Below are positions 49,482-62,650 of a DNA stretch of 64,000 bases, one piece after another; position 1 is the first letter of the stretch, and the number at the start of each line of letters is the position of its first letter. The notes beneath the pieces were generated by a model that saw nothing but the letters and a program-made list of their open reading frames with translations, was not told the DNA's origin and made no database searches. A program made the position numbers and the translations under genes. Location of the stretch: the NCBI GenBank assembly GCA_028534125.1, contig CM052816.1, positions 74,898,001-74,962,000 of the forward strand, in the 5' to 3' direction. The DNA is from Lama glama. Taxonomy: Eukaryota.

Positions 49482-51239
49482 GTAACATCCTGTCTTCCTA
49501 AGTATAGTGGAAAAAGGCAACACGAGTAGTTTATAAATGTGTCTATTATTTGCAGTATTGAGAACAGACCAACAGCTGGTGTTCAAATAACTAAATCCTT
49601 TTACTGAAAATTCAGAATAGAGGGACTGGGTAAATGTGGATGGTGGATAACATGATTTTATGATTCAGTGCTTTGCTCAGGGGTTGCTGCTTTAAGGAGA
49701 GAGGTTATACAACTCCAATGACTAAGCATCCTACTTTGAAATTCATGAGAGAGGGACGTGGAGAAAGACACAGAGAGAGGAGAGAGAGGGAGGGGGAGGG
49801 GGAAAGGGAGAGAAAGAGAGAATATATGAAAATGTATAACACAGGATCCAGGTAGCATAGTACCTTAATCCTTCTTGAACTCTACCCTATGTATATTAAC
49901 CTACCTCATTTCTTACCCCTTGCTCCTTGCTGTATATTTTCAATTGATTCAACTAACTGTTCTGTTCCATTACCTTTGGGAGAGACTGCCTAGTAGAATA
50001 CTTGGAGACTACTATACATCGTTATTTTTTTACCAGAATGATGATTTACTTTAAAATAAATTTGGTAAGATTCACGTTTAATCCCATAATAAAGTCACTT
50101 TATTCCACTTGCTTCCCAATATTTCCAAAAGAAATAGAAGAAAGAGAAGTAGAATTACAGATTCCAAGTCTAGATAAAGCAAATGACTTGTGTTACGCAT
50201 GAGAACATTATCCTTCATATGTCAAAGCCGAAAAAAATTTGAAAACCTTTGAACCAGAAATCTAGTGTTCCAGTGCAAGGCTCCTATATCCTCTAGACCT
50301 AAAGTGATATTTTCTTCTGTATCCAAACCTTCAGGTTTATTTCTTTGCTCTTTAATAAAGATATGAGATTGCACTGGAAGTAGAGGTGAGGAAGTCACCT
50401 AAGGAAAATGTATTGTTGAGCTCCATTCAGTCCCATTTTTGGTTTTCACCAACAGCCACCTGCAAAGTTGGTAAGAAAATCCTATGCTCACTCTACCTTC
50501 TCACCTCCCATGCCCCATCTAGTTTCCCCACATTCTCTTATTATCTTCCTATTTGAACCCCCTAAGTATACTGTGCTCTATGTTGAAAATTTTCAGCAAC
50601 CCTAGGATTTCCTTGAATCATTACATAAAAAGCATAATCCTGTTGGTGCTACATAAGTTGAAAACAAGCAAAACAGTATTCTTTTACTTCATTAGCATTC
50701 AGTTTGCAGCACTAGACTCCTAATTAAGAGATTCATAAGTATTCATATTCATCCAAGCTATTCTACTTTTCATTTACTACATTTGGCTAGAAACATTTAG
50801 ACACATTAACTGTTCTTCCAGTCAAAACAAATATTTGCTGTGTTTATGGATGGGCCAATTGATGATTGTCCTTTGTTGAAACCAAAATACAAAAACATGT
50901 TTTTTCTCATTTTCAATGTTCCTTTATTTCTTTATATAAATCATTGCATTTGGATGAAGGAACGTAATTGTTCTGAGAGTGAACTTTTGAATTACTATTG
51001 TCAGCTTCTTCCAATGGTACTATTGTCCTCAAGTTATGCTGATAAACACAGTACAGAAAACTATGAACCAGAGAAGTTGTATCATCCTTGAGAAGAAAGA
51101 ACCTTAGCATCTTTGATAGAGAGTAAGCAGGTGGAGAGAGGGTGACTTGAAGTTTTACCACTTGAGAAATGGTTGAAGGATGGATGCGTATTCCAGACAA
51201 AAGATTTTATGGGTTGCAAAACAGATTTTGTTAGAATAT

Positions 51240-51415
51240 AAGAGAGAAATTTGGTTCATTCTATGTTGTCTCAGAACACACAACTAGAATTGATGTATAA
51301 TAAGGAAGGAAACTGCAGCTCATAAAAAGGAAGACCTGCTTAACAACGGCATGTGTTCAAAAATAAAATGTTCTGATTTTGGAATCCAACAGGATTATAG
51401 AGTCACCTAAATCAG
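51240..51415 (+). mobile_element. L3/CR1 3' fragment
   Basis: caactagaattgatgtat...cagctcataaaaaggaagacctgcttaacaa. Confidence 0.45.
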
Positions 51416-51449
51416 AATCTCCATACATCTCCTGAATATCATACAGATC

Positions 51450-54400
51450 AGAAAGAATAAATAAAACCACCAATAACCTATGTCTACAGCATGACTAAAA
51501 TAGACTAATACTTCCATTTACATGTAAGAAGAAAAATAAACACTCAGAAGCCAGCACAGCCACCTCTGGAGCCCACTGTAGAGCAGAAAGTAGGCACTTA
51601 AGGTGTGGAATACAGAAATAATTATCTTCTAAAAGATATAATCCTACCTTGAGGGCAGAAATACTGAGAATAAAGCTGATATCCAGATGTTCAGAGTTCT
51701 TTCTGGCTGTGGGGAATTAAGAGGGAGAGCCTTACAAGTGCTTGCAATCAGAGGTGAGAATTGTACCCCATCTCTGGAAGAGTAGGAAAAACTTGGAAAG
51801 GGAATAGCCTTGAAGGAGGATTCTTGTGGATTTGGGGATAATAGAGAAGGAAAAAAGTGGTAAAAATAAGTTACTTGAAAAAAAAAAACCACCCTTTAAT
51901 TAACTTGATTGTGAATAACTGTTTCATAATGTATTTGTATATTAAATCATCACATTGTATAACTTAAAAATTAAAGGTCCTACACAAACATAAGAAAATC
52001 GAAACATCAGAAGAACATTATCCTCTCTCCCACATTGCCCCAACAATGTAGACATTAAAGAACCTGCACTTCATCATGCCAACAGAAGAGGGCACTCATG
52101 AGCTAGTAAATCTAATAAGCCACCAAAACTCATCCTTTCCTACATAAACACCTGTTATTGCTGGCCTAGAAAAGTAGAAGATATTCCAAACATTAACAGA
52201 AGATAGAAGACAACATCCATATTAAAAGTATTATAATAGAAACAGTAAACTAAAAGCAAAACGTTTCAGATGATGAAAATTATTCCTCCAAAACTGCCAC
52301 AAAGCAGGGAAACACTGTAACAAAATGTGCCAATCAAAATTAAATATCCTTAAAGAAGCATTTGCAGGTGTGAAAAAAAAACCCAACCTGAAGAATATAC
52401 TTAAAAGTTCAAAATAGAAAAAGAAATAAAAATAGGAAGATGTAAAATGAGAGTTAACTCAGAGGCAAAAATTAAAATAAAGAAAAAAATCGCCCTTCCC
52501 TGGACAACAATCAAGGAAGAACAGCATTGACAGAGAATACAATAAGGGATATAACAAAAATTAAAATTGATAAATAGTGAAAATGAGATAGAGAGAGGTA
52601 AAAAGGATTAGCAAAAAAGTGACAGAGAAGATGGGGGAAATATAAGTAAGGAAATGGGTGGGCATTAACAAAGGTATTAGTACAAAGATAACAATTAGAA
52701 AAAATATATAAACACAGGACATAAAATATGTATTTTATATTAACATAAAATTAAAAATATTTAAGAACATATCAAAGTATAAGAAAAAGAAATACAACAT
52801 AGAAAAAGAAACACAATAAACATATAATCCATAGAAAAATTACTTTAAATAATACGTAATAATCATATTAATCAATAAAAATCAACTTAACTGACCCATT
52901 AAATAAAAAAGCATTTTTATACTGGCTCATGTAGCAAAACTCAACTGCTAAACAAACCCAACTGTCAAAAAACAGACCCACTTAAACTGACTCAGAAAAG
53001 CTGCACCAGGTAAATACAAGTAAATAAAAATCTTGATATTCCATGATGGAGACTTTAGGGTTAAAAATATTAATAACAAAGTTTACTAGATAATGCTAAA
53101 GAATCCAATTCACAATGAAGAAATAATAGCTATGTATATGAATTTATCAAATAATACAGTAACTTCTTTTAAAAAGTATAAATTATAGAAAATGCAAGCA
53201 GAAATAGAAATATAGTAATAACAGGTGACTTTAACACTTTACTCTCAAAAACAGATTAAGAGAACAAAAATATTAAGCAAAGATATATACAATGTAATGT
53301 AATCAACACATAGATCTTATTGACACATATCAAAAGAATATTACCTTCTCAAATATACATGAAACATTCAGTAAATCTGACCATCTATGAGGTCATCATA
53401 GAACAACTACAAGTTTCATAAAGTAAAATTAATACCATGTTCTCTTATTATAAAACAATAACTAGAAATTAATTATAACAAAAAACAGAAATATTCTTCA
53501 ATGAAAAATTTTAAACTTTCTAGTAAGTAATTCTTTGAGAAGAGGGAAATAAAAATCAAAATTTCAGAATTTCTAAAGAATAATGATAATAAAAACACTA
53601 CATGAAATAATTTATAAAATACAATATAGGCAGTTATCAGAAGGAAATTTTAGAGCCTTAAATACTTACTCAATAAAAATGAAAGAATGAAAAATAATCA
53701 AATCCCACCAAAGAAAGTGGAAGACAGAAGAACAAAAACAGCAGACATTAATAAGGTACAAAATAGAAGAGCAAAGTACAAAATAAATCAAAACACTAGT
53801 TCTTGAAAAAATAAGCAGTAATATAGACAAGCACTAGCTAACCTAACTAAGGGGAAAAAAGGAGAAAGCATACAAATACAAAATAAGAATTGATCAACAG
53901 GGATTTATCACTGAAACAGCATTTATTTAAAAGTCATAAGTAGTTTACAAGTATCTATGCAAATAAATGGGAAAACTTACATGCAATAAATAGAAAAAGA
54001 ACAGTCCCTATAGAGATCGACAGATTAAACAGAGCAATTTCCATCAAATAACGTTATTATTTATTCTGAACTATCCTGTAATAAACGAAACAGAACCAGA
54101 TGTTTTCAAAGAGTAAGTTCTACCAAAATTTCAAAAACAACATGCTCCCAGTACTACCTAAACTGTTTCAGAGATGGAAAAAAAAAAAGAAAAACTTTAT
54201 AATTATTTTATGAAATAAGTATAACAGTGATACATCAACTTGATAAAGAACCATACTTTTAAAAATGCTTATGAATTCACTCACAAATATTGATGCAAAA
54301 AGTTTTAAACAAATATTAGCAAAAGATTTTAACAATACATGCAAATAATACAAGGCAAGAGAGATTTATCTCGAAAGTAGTTCAATATTAATCTGTAATA

Positions 54401-56030
54401 TTTTACCCTATTAAGAATGTAAGGAGAAATACCATAATTATCACCATAAATGCTAAAAAGACCTTTGACAAAATTTGGCACCCATCCCTCATTTTACAAA
54501 AGCAATTAATAAAATAACATGATTACTGAACATCACTCCTAAAGCTAATATGTTACATAATGGGAAACCTCTGACTAGAGGTATTTCCACCAGGATGAGG
54601 AACAAGGCAAGGAAGGAAGTTCACTGTCTCACAATTTAATATACTGTTGATAACAGCAAAGCAAAATCACATAGAAGATTAAACTTTGTAAAAGAAGAAG
54701 TAAAACTCCGTATTTGCAGATCATGACTTTATATCTGGAAAAACCAAAGGAATCTTAAAAAGAAACGTAAATCAATAAAGTAGAATATAAACTTAATACA
54801 CAAAAATCAGTAACTTTCACATTTACAAATAATTACTAGAATATATAATGTAAGAGAAGACTCCATTTATAATAGCAACAATAAAATAAGATTCTTAAAA
54901 ATAAATTTAACAAGAAATGTACAACATGTATATAAGGAAAACTTGAAAACATTTCTGTTTTGAATAAATTGATTGGATAAGACATTGTCTTGGACGAGAC
55001 AATTCAACAACCTATGTAATTTCTCTCCAAGTTATTACATATATGTGTAATATATGTATGGGTATATACATCAGCATTTCCAATAAAAGTATAAGTTTTT
55101 AAAATAAGTTTATATCATAGGTCACATTGACAAATAAATATTTAAGAATATCTTGGAAAATCTTTCAAAAGAAGAATGATGGAAGACTAGCCCTATCAGA
55201 TATTAAAACACGTTATAACCCCTCTACAAGTGTAACAGAGTGGCATTAGAACATTAATAGAGAAACCAACCAAAGAAACAAAACAGAAAACCAAGACCAA
55301 ACACAATTACAAAAGAAATCTAATGTTTAATAAGATGGTATCTCAAACACTGGGGGAAATATGGATGTTTTAATAAATTACAGTTGACCCTTGAACAACA
55401 TGAATTTGAACTGTATGGATCCACTTATATGCAGATTTTTTCAAAAATATATACTACAATACTACATGGAAGTGGAATCGTGGATACCAGAGGAACAGTG
55501 TATACAGAAATTTATACGCTCTTAAGTCATATGCGGATTTTTGACTGCATGGATGATTGGCACCCTTATCCTCCATGTTGTTCAAGGGTCAACTGTTAGA
55601 TGAAATAATTAAATACCCATTTGGGAAAAGACAAAATTGGATCCATGCTTCACAATATACCTGAATAAACTCCAAGTGGATCCAAGATTTATGTGTAAAA
55701 TATGAAACCACACAAGTACGTACAAGTAGAAACATGGGTATTGGTGAGGCATTTCTAACTATCACTCAAAATATAGATACAATAAAATAAAATGTCAATA
55801 AGTTAGATTACATTTTTAAAGCTTTGCACATCTAAAATATAATAAAGTCAGAAGACAAATGATATATTGGGAAAAGTTACTTCCAATACACATCATAGAT
55901 AAAGACTAGTCTCCCTGATATATACAGTCCTTTAAATTTTGAGGGCAAAAAAAGAACAACCCAATAGAAAAATGGGCAAAAGGAATAAATAGAAAGCTCA
56001 CAGGAAAAAAATTCAAATGGTTTTTGAACA
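51450..56030 (+). mobile_element. Ancient, heavily decayed, near full-length L1M
   Basis: Landmarks in order: endonuclease (acaggtgactttaacac, ~53220), RT (aatattgatgcaaaa ~54285; aagacctttgacaaaatt ~54460; gtatttgcagatca ~54710), then aacccaatagaaaaatgggcaaa (~55960). Confidence 0.8.
55381..55595. mobile_element. MER8-like Tigger MITE nested in L1
   Basis: Perfect 22 bp TIRs CAGTTGACCCTTGAACAACATG at 55381-55402 and 55574-55595; TA on the left flank. Confidence 0.92.
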
Positions 56031-56284
56031 CAGTAATGTTCATAATAACCTAGAAAAATCAGGCTGAAGTAATACTGGTCTATACTGTTACAATGTATCA
56101 ATTTATTACCAGTTACTACTTTCTATTTCATTTAGTAAATTATTTGTCTAGATTTCTCACTTAATAATATATTGTTTTCACATGAAAGAAAAAAGGACAC
56201 ATGCCCCAGGATTAGCTACTGAAACTCAACAATATACAGTGAAACTCTTCAAGAGATTCAAGTGCCTAGATAGACATTTGGAAT

Positions 56285-57150
56285 AAATTTTATTTCCATC
56301 CACCCCCATGTTGCCATTACCCTCTTTGGCAACCAAAAATCTTTCTGTCTCTATAAACTTGCCTATTCTGAATATTTCATATACATGGAATCAAATATTT
56401 GGTCTTTTGTAAGTGGCTTTTTCTTAGCATCTTTTCAAAATTCATCTATGTTTTAGTATGTGTCAGCACTTCTTTTTATTGCTGAATACTATTCCATTGT
56501 ATGGGTACACAGTATTTTATTTATCCATTCCTCAGCTGACAGACATTTGGGTTGTTTCACTTTTTGACTTTTATGAATAATGTTGCTATGAACACTTATA
56601 TACACGTTTTTGTATGCACGTGTTTTCATTTCTCTTAGGTATATACCTAAGGACTGAAACTGTTGGGTCATATGATAACACTATGTTTAACATTTTGAAG
56701 AACTGCCAAAACATTTTCTAAAGCAATTGTACCATTGTACATTCTGACCAGGAATGTATGTGCTTTTCTATTGCTCCACATTTTCAGTAACACTTGTTAT
56801 CATCTGTCTTTTTGATTATAGTCACCTGAGTGGGTATGAAATGGTATCTCACTGTGATTTTGACTTGCATTTCTTTGAAGGTTAATCATGTTGAGTGTCT
56901 TTGTATGTGCTTACTGGTCATTTGTGTATCTTCTTTGGAGAAAATGTTTTTTAGATCCTTTGCTCATTCTTCTTATTTGTCTTTTCATTATATTTTGTTT
57001 TCTTTCCCTTAACAGAGGCACTGGGGTTGAACCTAGGACCTCATGCACCTCAAGCACACACTCTATCAATGAGCTATACTCCCCATCCGTCTTTTTATTA
57101 TTGATTTGTAATAGTTCTTTATATGCTTTCTCCTATTCTGTGGGTTATCA
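56285..57150 (-). mobile_element. L1MB-like 3' region
   Basis: ttgcctattctgaatatttcatatacatggaatc...tattgctgaatactattccattgtatgg...tggtatctcactgtgattttgacttgcattt. Confidence 0.9.
56992..57088 (-). mobile_element. Short tRNA-derived SINE (camelid Vic-1-like)
   Basis: Minus strand ggggagtaTAGCTCATTGAtagagtgtgtgctt...gaggtcctaGGTTCAACCCCagtgcctc plus A-rich tail, with Pol III A and B boxes. 13 bp TSD GTCTTTT(c/t)ATTAT at 56979-56991 and 57089-57101. Confidence 0.85.
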
Positions 57151-57789
57151 TGACAATATTTTAAAATCATATCTTACTGGGTTTGAATTCCTCCAAAATG
57201 CTTTCTCTAAGTGTGTATGTGTGTGTCCTTAAATATATTCTGTGGAATGGGGATTAAGTATGAAATAAGTAACATTAGTATGAGACATGCCCCAAAGTAA
57301 ATGATCTTTGATTTATATGTTGTAACACCATATTAAAGGTTGTGAGAAGTCCTGTGGAACTTGCTTGACTTTATTTAACTCACTAAGAACTACGGCTATG
57401 TTGACTCAGTTATCAAGGAAATTACTATTCTCTAGAATACACTTTAGAAACTACTCCTGAAAATCCAATCTGATCAAAATTGCAAAAGTTAAGTTGAAAT
57501 AGCTATTTTTTGGTCACAAATTCTGTCTTTCTTCATGTGGCAATAGTACCACCTTCTGGAAATCTAGGGATAGCATTCTCATATTTTTCAGAATTTAATA
57601 GTCTTCTGTTAGTTATAGCATCATCTGACAAACAAGCTATGACTTTGTACTTTTACATTCTCTAACATCAAAACAAAAACAAAACAAATAAAAAATCTTG
57701 TCCTGCTATAATTGACATACAGTTCCTAGAATAAACAGGAACTAAATAACCATCAACAAATGTATTGACAGGTAATTTTTTCTATTAAA

Positions 57790-60240
57790 AATGTCAGAAA
57801 ATGAAATCATGGGACTGATCCTATTAAGTGTAGAGAACAAAGACTGAAACAAATAAGCAAAGCCTCAGTGACAGGTTAAATAATAACAAACGGTGTAACA
57901 CGTGTTATATAACAGAGACCTAAGAGGGAAGAAAAGAGGAGACAATGGGGAAGAAAATATATTTGAAGAAATAATGACCCCAAGTTTCCCAAATGTGGTG
58001 AACGACATGAATTTCTATATTCAATAAGATCATTAATCCTCAAGCTGGATAAACAAGAAGGCCATACCGAGGCATTATATGGTAAAACTGTTGAAAAGCA
58101 AGATAAAGAGAAAACTTAAAAGCAAAAAAAAAAAAATGACATTCAAGGGAATGAAAATGCAATTAGTGAATAACCTCTTATAAGAAATTACAGAGGCTAG
58201 AAGAGAAAAGAACATCCTGAAAGAGCTGAAAGAATAAAACTGTTGACTCAGGATTTTATATACAAGCATGCCTCAGAGGTACTGCATGTTTGATTCCAGA
58301 CTACCACAATAAAGTATATATTGCAATAAAGTGAGTCATATGAATTTTTGGGTTTCCAAATACACACAAAAGCTATATTTATAGTATACCATAGTCTTTT
58401 AAATGTGCAATAGCAATACATCTAAAGATATAATGTGCATATCTTAATTTAAAAATACTTAATTGCTAAAAAATGCTAACCATCATCTGAGCCTTTAGCA
58501 AGTCAGAGTAGTAACAAAGATCACCGATCACAGATCACCATAAGAAATGTAATAATGAAAAAGCTTAAAATATTATGAGAATTATCAAAATGTGACATAA
58601 AGTCATGAAGTGAACAAATGTTGCTGGAAAAATGGTGCTGACAGACTTGCTCAGTGCAGCATTGCCACAAACCTTCAAATTGTTAAAAATACAGTATCTG
58701 TGAAGTGCAATAAGTGAAGTGCAATAAAAAGAGGTGTGCCTGCCTGTATGTTGAAAACATAAAAGACTACTTTTATTATTTTTAAATTTTCTCTTCTTTA
58801 ATTTCTTTATAATACATAGGGCTATTTTATCAAAAATTGTTAACACTGTCTTCTAGGATTTGTAAATACGAAAGTATAATACATTTAATAGCTGTTAGCA
58901 AAAAAGAGTAGTGAGAATAGAGCTTAAACAGTTAATAGTATTTCTGCTTATTACACATATTAGTATAGTATTAACTATAAGAAAATTCTGAGAAGTACAT
59001 ATATTGTAATCACTAGAATAACCTCTAAAAATGCAGATATGCTAAAAAGTGAACAGAAAAATTTTAATTGATTCTTAAAAAAACTAAAATAATTCAAAAT
59101 AGGACAGAAGGAATAGAAAAACAACATTGGTGAAGAATAGATAAATAAAAAAGCAAATAATAAAATGGTGGACCTGAACACAATCATATTAATAATCACA
59201 TTAAATGTAAATGATCTATACATTCTAATTAAAATGAAGGTATTGCCGGAATGGAAAAGAAAAAGGTAAGATTTACTATATTCTATCCATAGGAGACACA
59301 TTTAAAATATAAAGACAGATTAAGGTTGAATGAAAATGGATGGAAAAGATATACCATGAAAACAACAGTTTTTAAAAAGCTGAAGTGATGAATATTAACA
59401 GTAGAGAATGGGTTTGAAGACCATGAGTATTATCAGCAAAAAGGACATTTTATAATGATTAAAAGGGCCAATCATAAAAGTGTGTGCACTTAAAAACAAC
59501 ATCAAAATACATGAAACAAAGATTGACAGAATTAAAAGGAAAAATAGGCAATTCTACAATCACAGTTGAAGATTTTAATGCCTCTTACTAATTGATATAA
59601 CTATACAAAAATCAATATAGCCATGTAGAATATCTAAACATTATCAATTGCCTTGTCCTAATAGATAAATACCAATTATCACACCAAACAAAATACAAAA
59701 TGTAAACTCTTTTCAAGTGCATGTGGAATATATTCACCAGAATAGACCATAAATTGGGCCATAATGCAAGTCTCAATAATAGACTGAAATTTTACAGAGT
59801 ATGTTCTTTAATTTAAAAAATTAGGTATCAGTAACAATAAAGTCTCTATTAAAGAGAGATGAAACAACACTAAAACAATACTACTAAATAATCAGTGGAT
59901 TGAAAAGTAATCAAAAGGGATTAGAAAATATTGTAATTGAATGACAGTAAGTATACAAAATATAACAAAATGTGTAGATGTTTTCTTTTAAAGAACTAGA
60001 ATCAATTACTTAAGTTTTTACCTTAATAATCTAGAAAAAATGTATTTTTTTTAATTTAAGAGGCAGACAAAGAGATTAGAGCATAAATCAATGAAATAGA
60101 ATACAGAGTAAATCAATAAAACCAAAAGCTGGTTCTTGAGAAGAATAGAGAAAACAATAAAACTCTAGCCAGACTGACCATGAAGAGAAAAGACATAAAT
60201 TATCAGAAATGAATGAGGTAACATAACTATATATATTTTT
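57790..60240 (+). mobile_element. L1M ORF1 to ORF2 endonuclease fragment
   Basis: gaaaatatatttgaagaaataatgaccc (ORF1); aataatcacattaaatgtaaatgatcta (ORF2 start); aataaaaccaaaagctggttctt. Confidence 0.85.
58263..58746. mobile_element. Internally deleted Tigger1 derivative nested in L1
   Basis: ta|caagcatgcctcagagg...ttccagactaccacaataaag at one end; gcaataaaaagaggtgtgcctg(cctg)|ta at the other. TA TSD. Confidence 0.9.
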
Positions 60241-60249
60241 AAAAGGAGG

Positions 60250-60775
60250 GGGGAATCTACCTTTGGTATAACAGCATGAAGAGTTTCATGCAACAGCTCC
60301 CTAGAGAAACTGGAGAAAATTAATTTTTTAAAAAAGCATTAAAATCTGTAAATAGTCCTAAGAAATGAAAAACATGTATTCAAAAAAAAAAAAACAAATG
60401 AAGCAGATGAAATGAAGTGAGTGAAGAAACATGTATTCAAAAAAAATTTACTATAACTCAGTAAGAACAGCAAGAGTCTGTGGGATATGAACCAAGATCC
60501 ACTCCCTCCGCCCTTCCTCCAGCTCAGAAAGATGGAAACTCCAATCTAGACTGGGAGAGCCAAGGAAATAGCACTCCTTCTCCAAGTCAGAGGCTATCTT
60601 CCCAGGAGGAGCAGGATGTCAGCATTTCTCACTCTGCCCTCACCTACATGTTGCTGAAACGAAGTTCTGAATAAGTGGACCCAAGATATGGGAGCGCCTT
60701 TCTTTGGAACAATACGCACTTGCAGAATGGAGGCTGAATCTTAGGTGCAGCGCCACTAAGAATACTATGCTCCTT
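60250..60775 (+). mobile_element. L1M 5' UTR fragment
   Basis: atttactataactcagtaagaacagcaagagtctgtgg resembles old L1 5' UTRs; local duplication of aaacatgtattcaaaaaaaa at 60370 and 60427. Confidence 0.55.
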
Positions 60776-61099
60776 TTATTATAATCCTAAAATTCCTCAA
60801 TTCCAATGAGATCGGAAGGCTATAAAGTTTCCTCTGCAAAGTGCAAGCAATTAGTGAGGAGGAGGTTATATGATCATGTGAGTCTCTGGAATGTTTTCTC
60901 TATGAGTATGGAATAAAATTTGGCTTTAGTACTTCATAAGCTTTCAAAGTTATCTGACATAGCAAGAACTTTCAGTTACTTTCACTGAATTAGTATTGAA
61001 TATGATTATTCATAAAGTTAGTAAGAAATAAAGTTAATTCCTACTTTTGAGGAAAAAAACAGAAGTTGTATGGCAATAATATTAAATGAAATGCCAGCA

Positions 61100-61579
61100 A
61101 ATATCCTAGTCTTTAAGCAATACATTTATTAAAAATAGATAAAGACTTCTTTCCTGATAATCAGTTAAGGACCCTTGAAAAGAACCTATAGAAAGCTTAG
61201 TAAATTTGCTATTCTCCATCAGGGCAATCTTCAAACTGAAAAGAATAGAAACCACAAATAATAAGAGAAGCACAAACTTGTTTTTTTTTTTTTTCCAGAA
61301 TTTAATATTTAAAAAAACCCAGAAAATATAAAAGTTATCAAAAAAAAATCTTTAAAGGTTCATTTTGGGGCTAAATGCTAGCACTGAAACTTTTTTCTTG
61401 TAATTGATTTAAGGTAAAAAGTAAAAATTATATAAAAAACACAGCAGCTACAGCTATCCAATATAAAGCCTACCTGCAAAAAGGCAGGGCAGAATGAGCT
61501 GACTGAGCAAATATCCACATCATGACCTTAGTAACAAGTTTCAGATGCTTTCAGTTCCCAAGGTCTAGACTAAGGAGGA
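61100..61579 (-). other. FBXO4: FBXO4 3' UTR with candidate polyadenylation signals
   Basis: Follows the stop codon. On the minus strand there is ATTAAA at 61301-61306 and AATAAA at 61125-61130. The true cleavage site cannot be read from the sequence. Confidence 0.7.
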
Positions 61580-61669
61580 TTATCTTGCATGCTTAGATTC
61601 TACTTCTTCAAGAATCCACTGAATGCCATTCAAAAAACCATTTAGAGTTTCAGCCTCTGTATCCTGGAC
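61580..61669 (-). CDS. FBXO4: F-box only protein 4, terminal coding exon (29 aa + TAA)
   Basis: Minus strand ctctctttatctgctcatag|GTCCAGGAT... translates to VQDTEAETLNGFLNGIQWILEEVESKHAR*, the FBXO4 C-terminus. Joined to the previous exon by a 395 nt phase-0 GT-AG intron (61670-62064). Confidence 0.96.
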   Translation of the reverse strand, partial: VQDTEAETLNGFLNGIQWILEEVESKHAR

Positions 61670-62064
61670 CTATGAGCAGATAAAGAGAGACCATTATCAA
61701 TAAGAAACTGAGCCCAAAACCTTATAATTATGAGGGACATTTTTCTAAACACTAATAACAGAACAGTACTAAAAACATCCCAATAAACTCTGGGTGAGTC
61801 GCTCAAGTTTTGTCTTCTAGAGAGCTTAGATAAAAAATATTATCGTCACCTCTGTCTTATAATTACTACAAATATGAAGCTTATTACTTATCTTGGAGCT
61901 CAGCTTTGACACCAAATATCTCCCACTAATTAAGCTACCAAAATTGACTTTCATAAATGCTATTTTACTTTAAAAAATTTGTAGGAAAGAATAAAACAAT
62001 TAAATCAATTAAAAGACTGAAAAATAATGTAAGATTTTTCTCATGAGAGAAAATAGGACCTTAC

Positions 62065-62240
62065 CATCCATGGGTGACTTAGATGATTCAGATGCAGCTC
62101 ATGGGCCAAATAAAAACAGGGCATTCTTTTTACATTAGCTTGAGAAATACAAGATAAAACTAGCATTGGTCTTCCTGAAGATCCAAAAGCTGGATCTGTC
62201 ATTGCCATAATACGAGAAAATTCATCTTGCCATTCATGTC
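62065..62240 (-). CDS. FBXO4: F-box only protein 4, penultimate coding exon (176 nt)
   Basis: Minus strand reads catcctttag|GACATGAATGG...CCATGGATG|gtaagg. It translates to (R)HEWQDEFSRIMAMTDPAFGSSGRPMLVLSCISQANVKRMPCFYLAHELHLNHLSHPWM, recognised as the FBXO4 C-terminal domain. Canonical AG and GT; in frame with the next exon. Confidence 0.96.
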
Positions 62241-62650
62241 CTAAAGGATGTAGTCAAAATCCTTAATTTGCATTACTTGTAATGATTTTTAAAATAATAA
62301 AATAAAATTAAAGATTAACAAAACAAGAAAAGCAAAAAATTACCAGGATCCAAACACAAGAAACTGTCTCTACTGCTGTGTTCATTTACTGATCTTTTAT
62401 AAAACTATATTAATCAGCCTTGCAAGGATAGGAATTTAAGTGAAATCAGAGAGTAAAAACAGTACCATTCAGATGTCTTGGCTTAAAGGAAAAATACTTT
62501 GATATAGATATTTTCCTCTCACAAATTCTAAGCTATCACTATCCTTTCAAAGGCCTTAGTTTTAAACACTTGGAACATACAGTTGAGTGTAGCTTTTTTA
62601 TCCAAACTGACAATCTCTGCCTTTCACTGGAGTGTAAATCACTCACATTT

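Noticed and set aside
61281..62240. FBXO4 sequence as a processed pseudogene, given the T14 run next to a poly(A) signal
   Set aside because: An intact GT-AG intron separates the exons, the frame is open, and no TSD is evident. This looks like the real gene.
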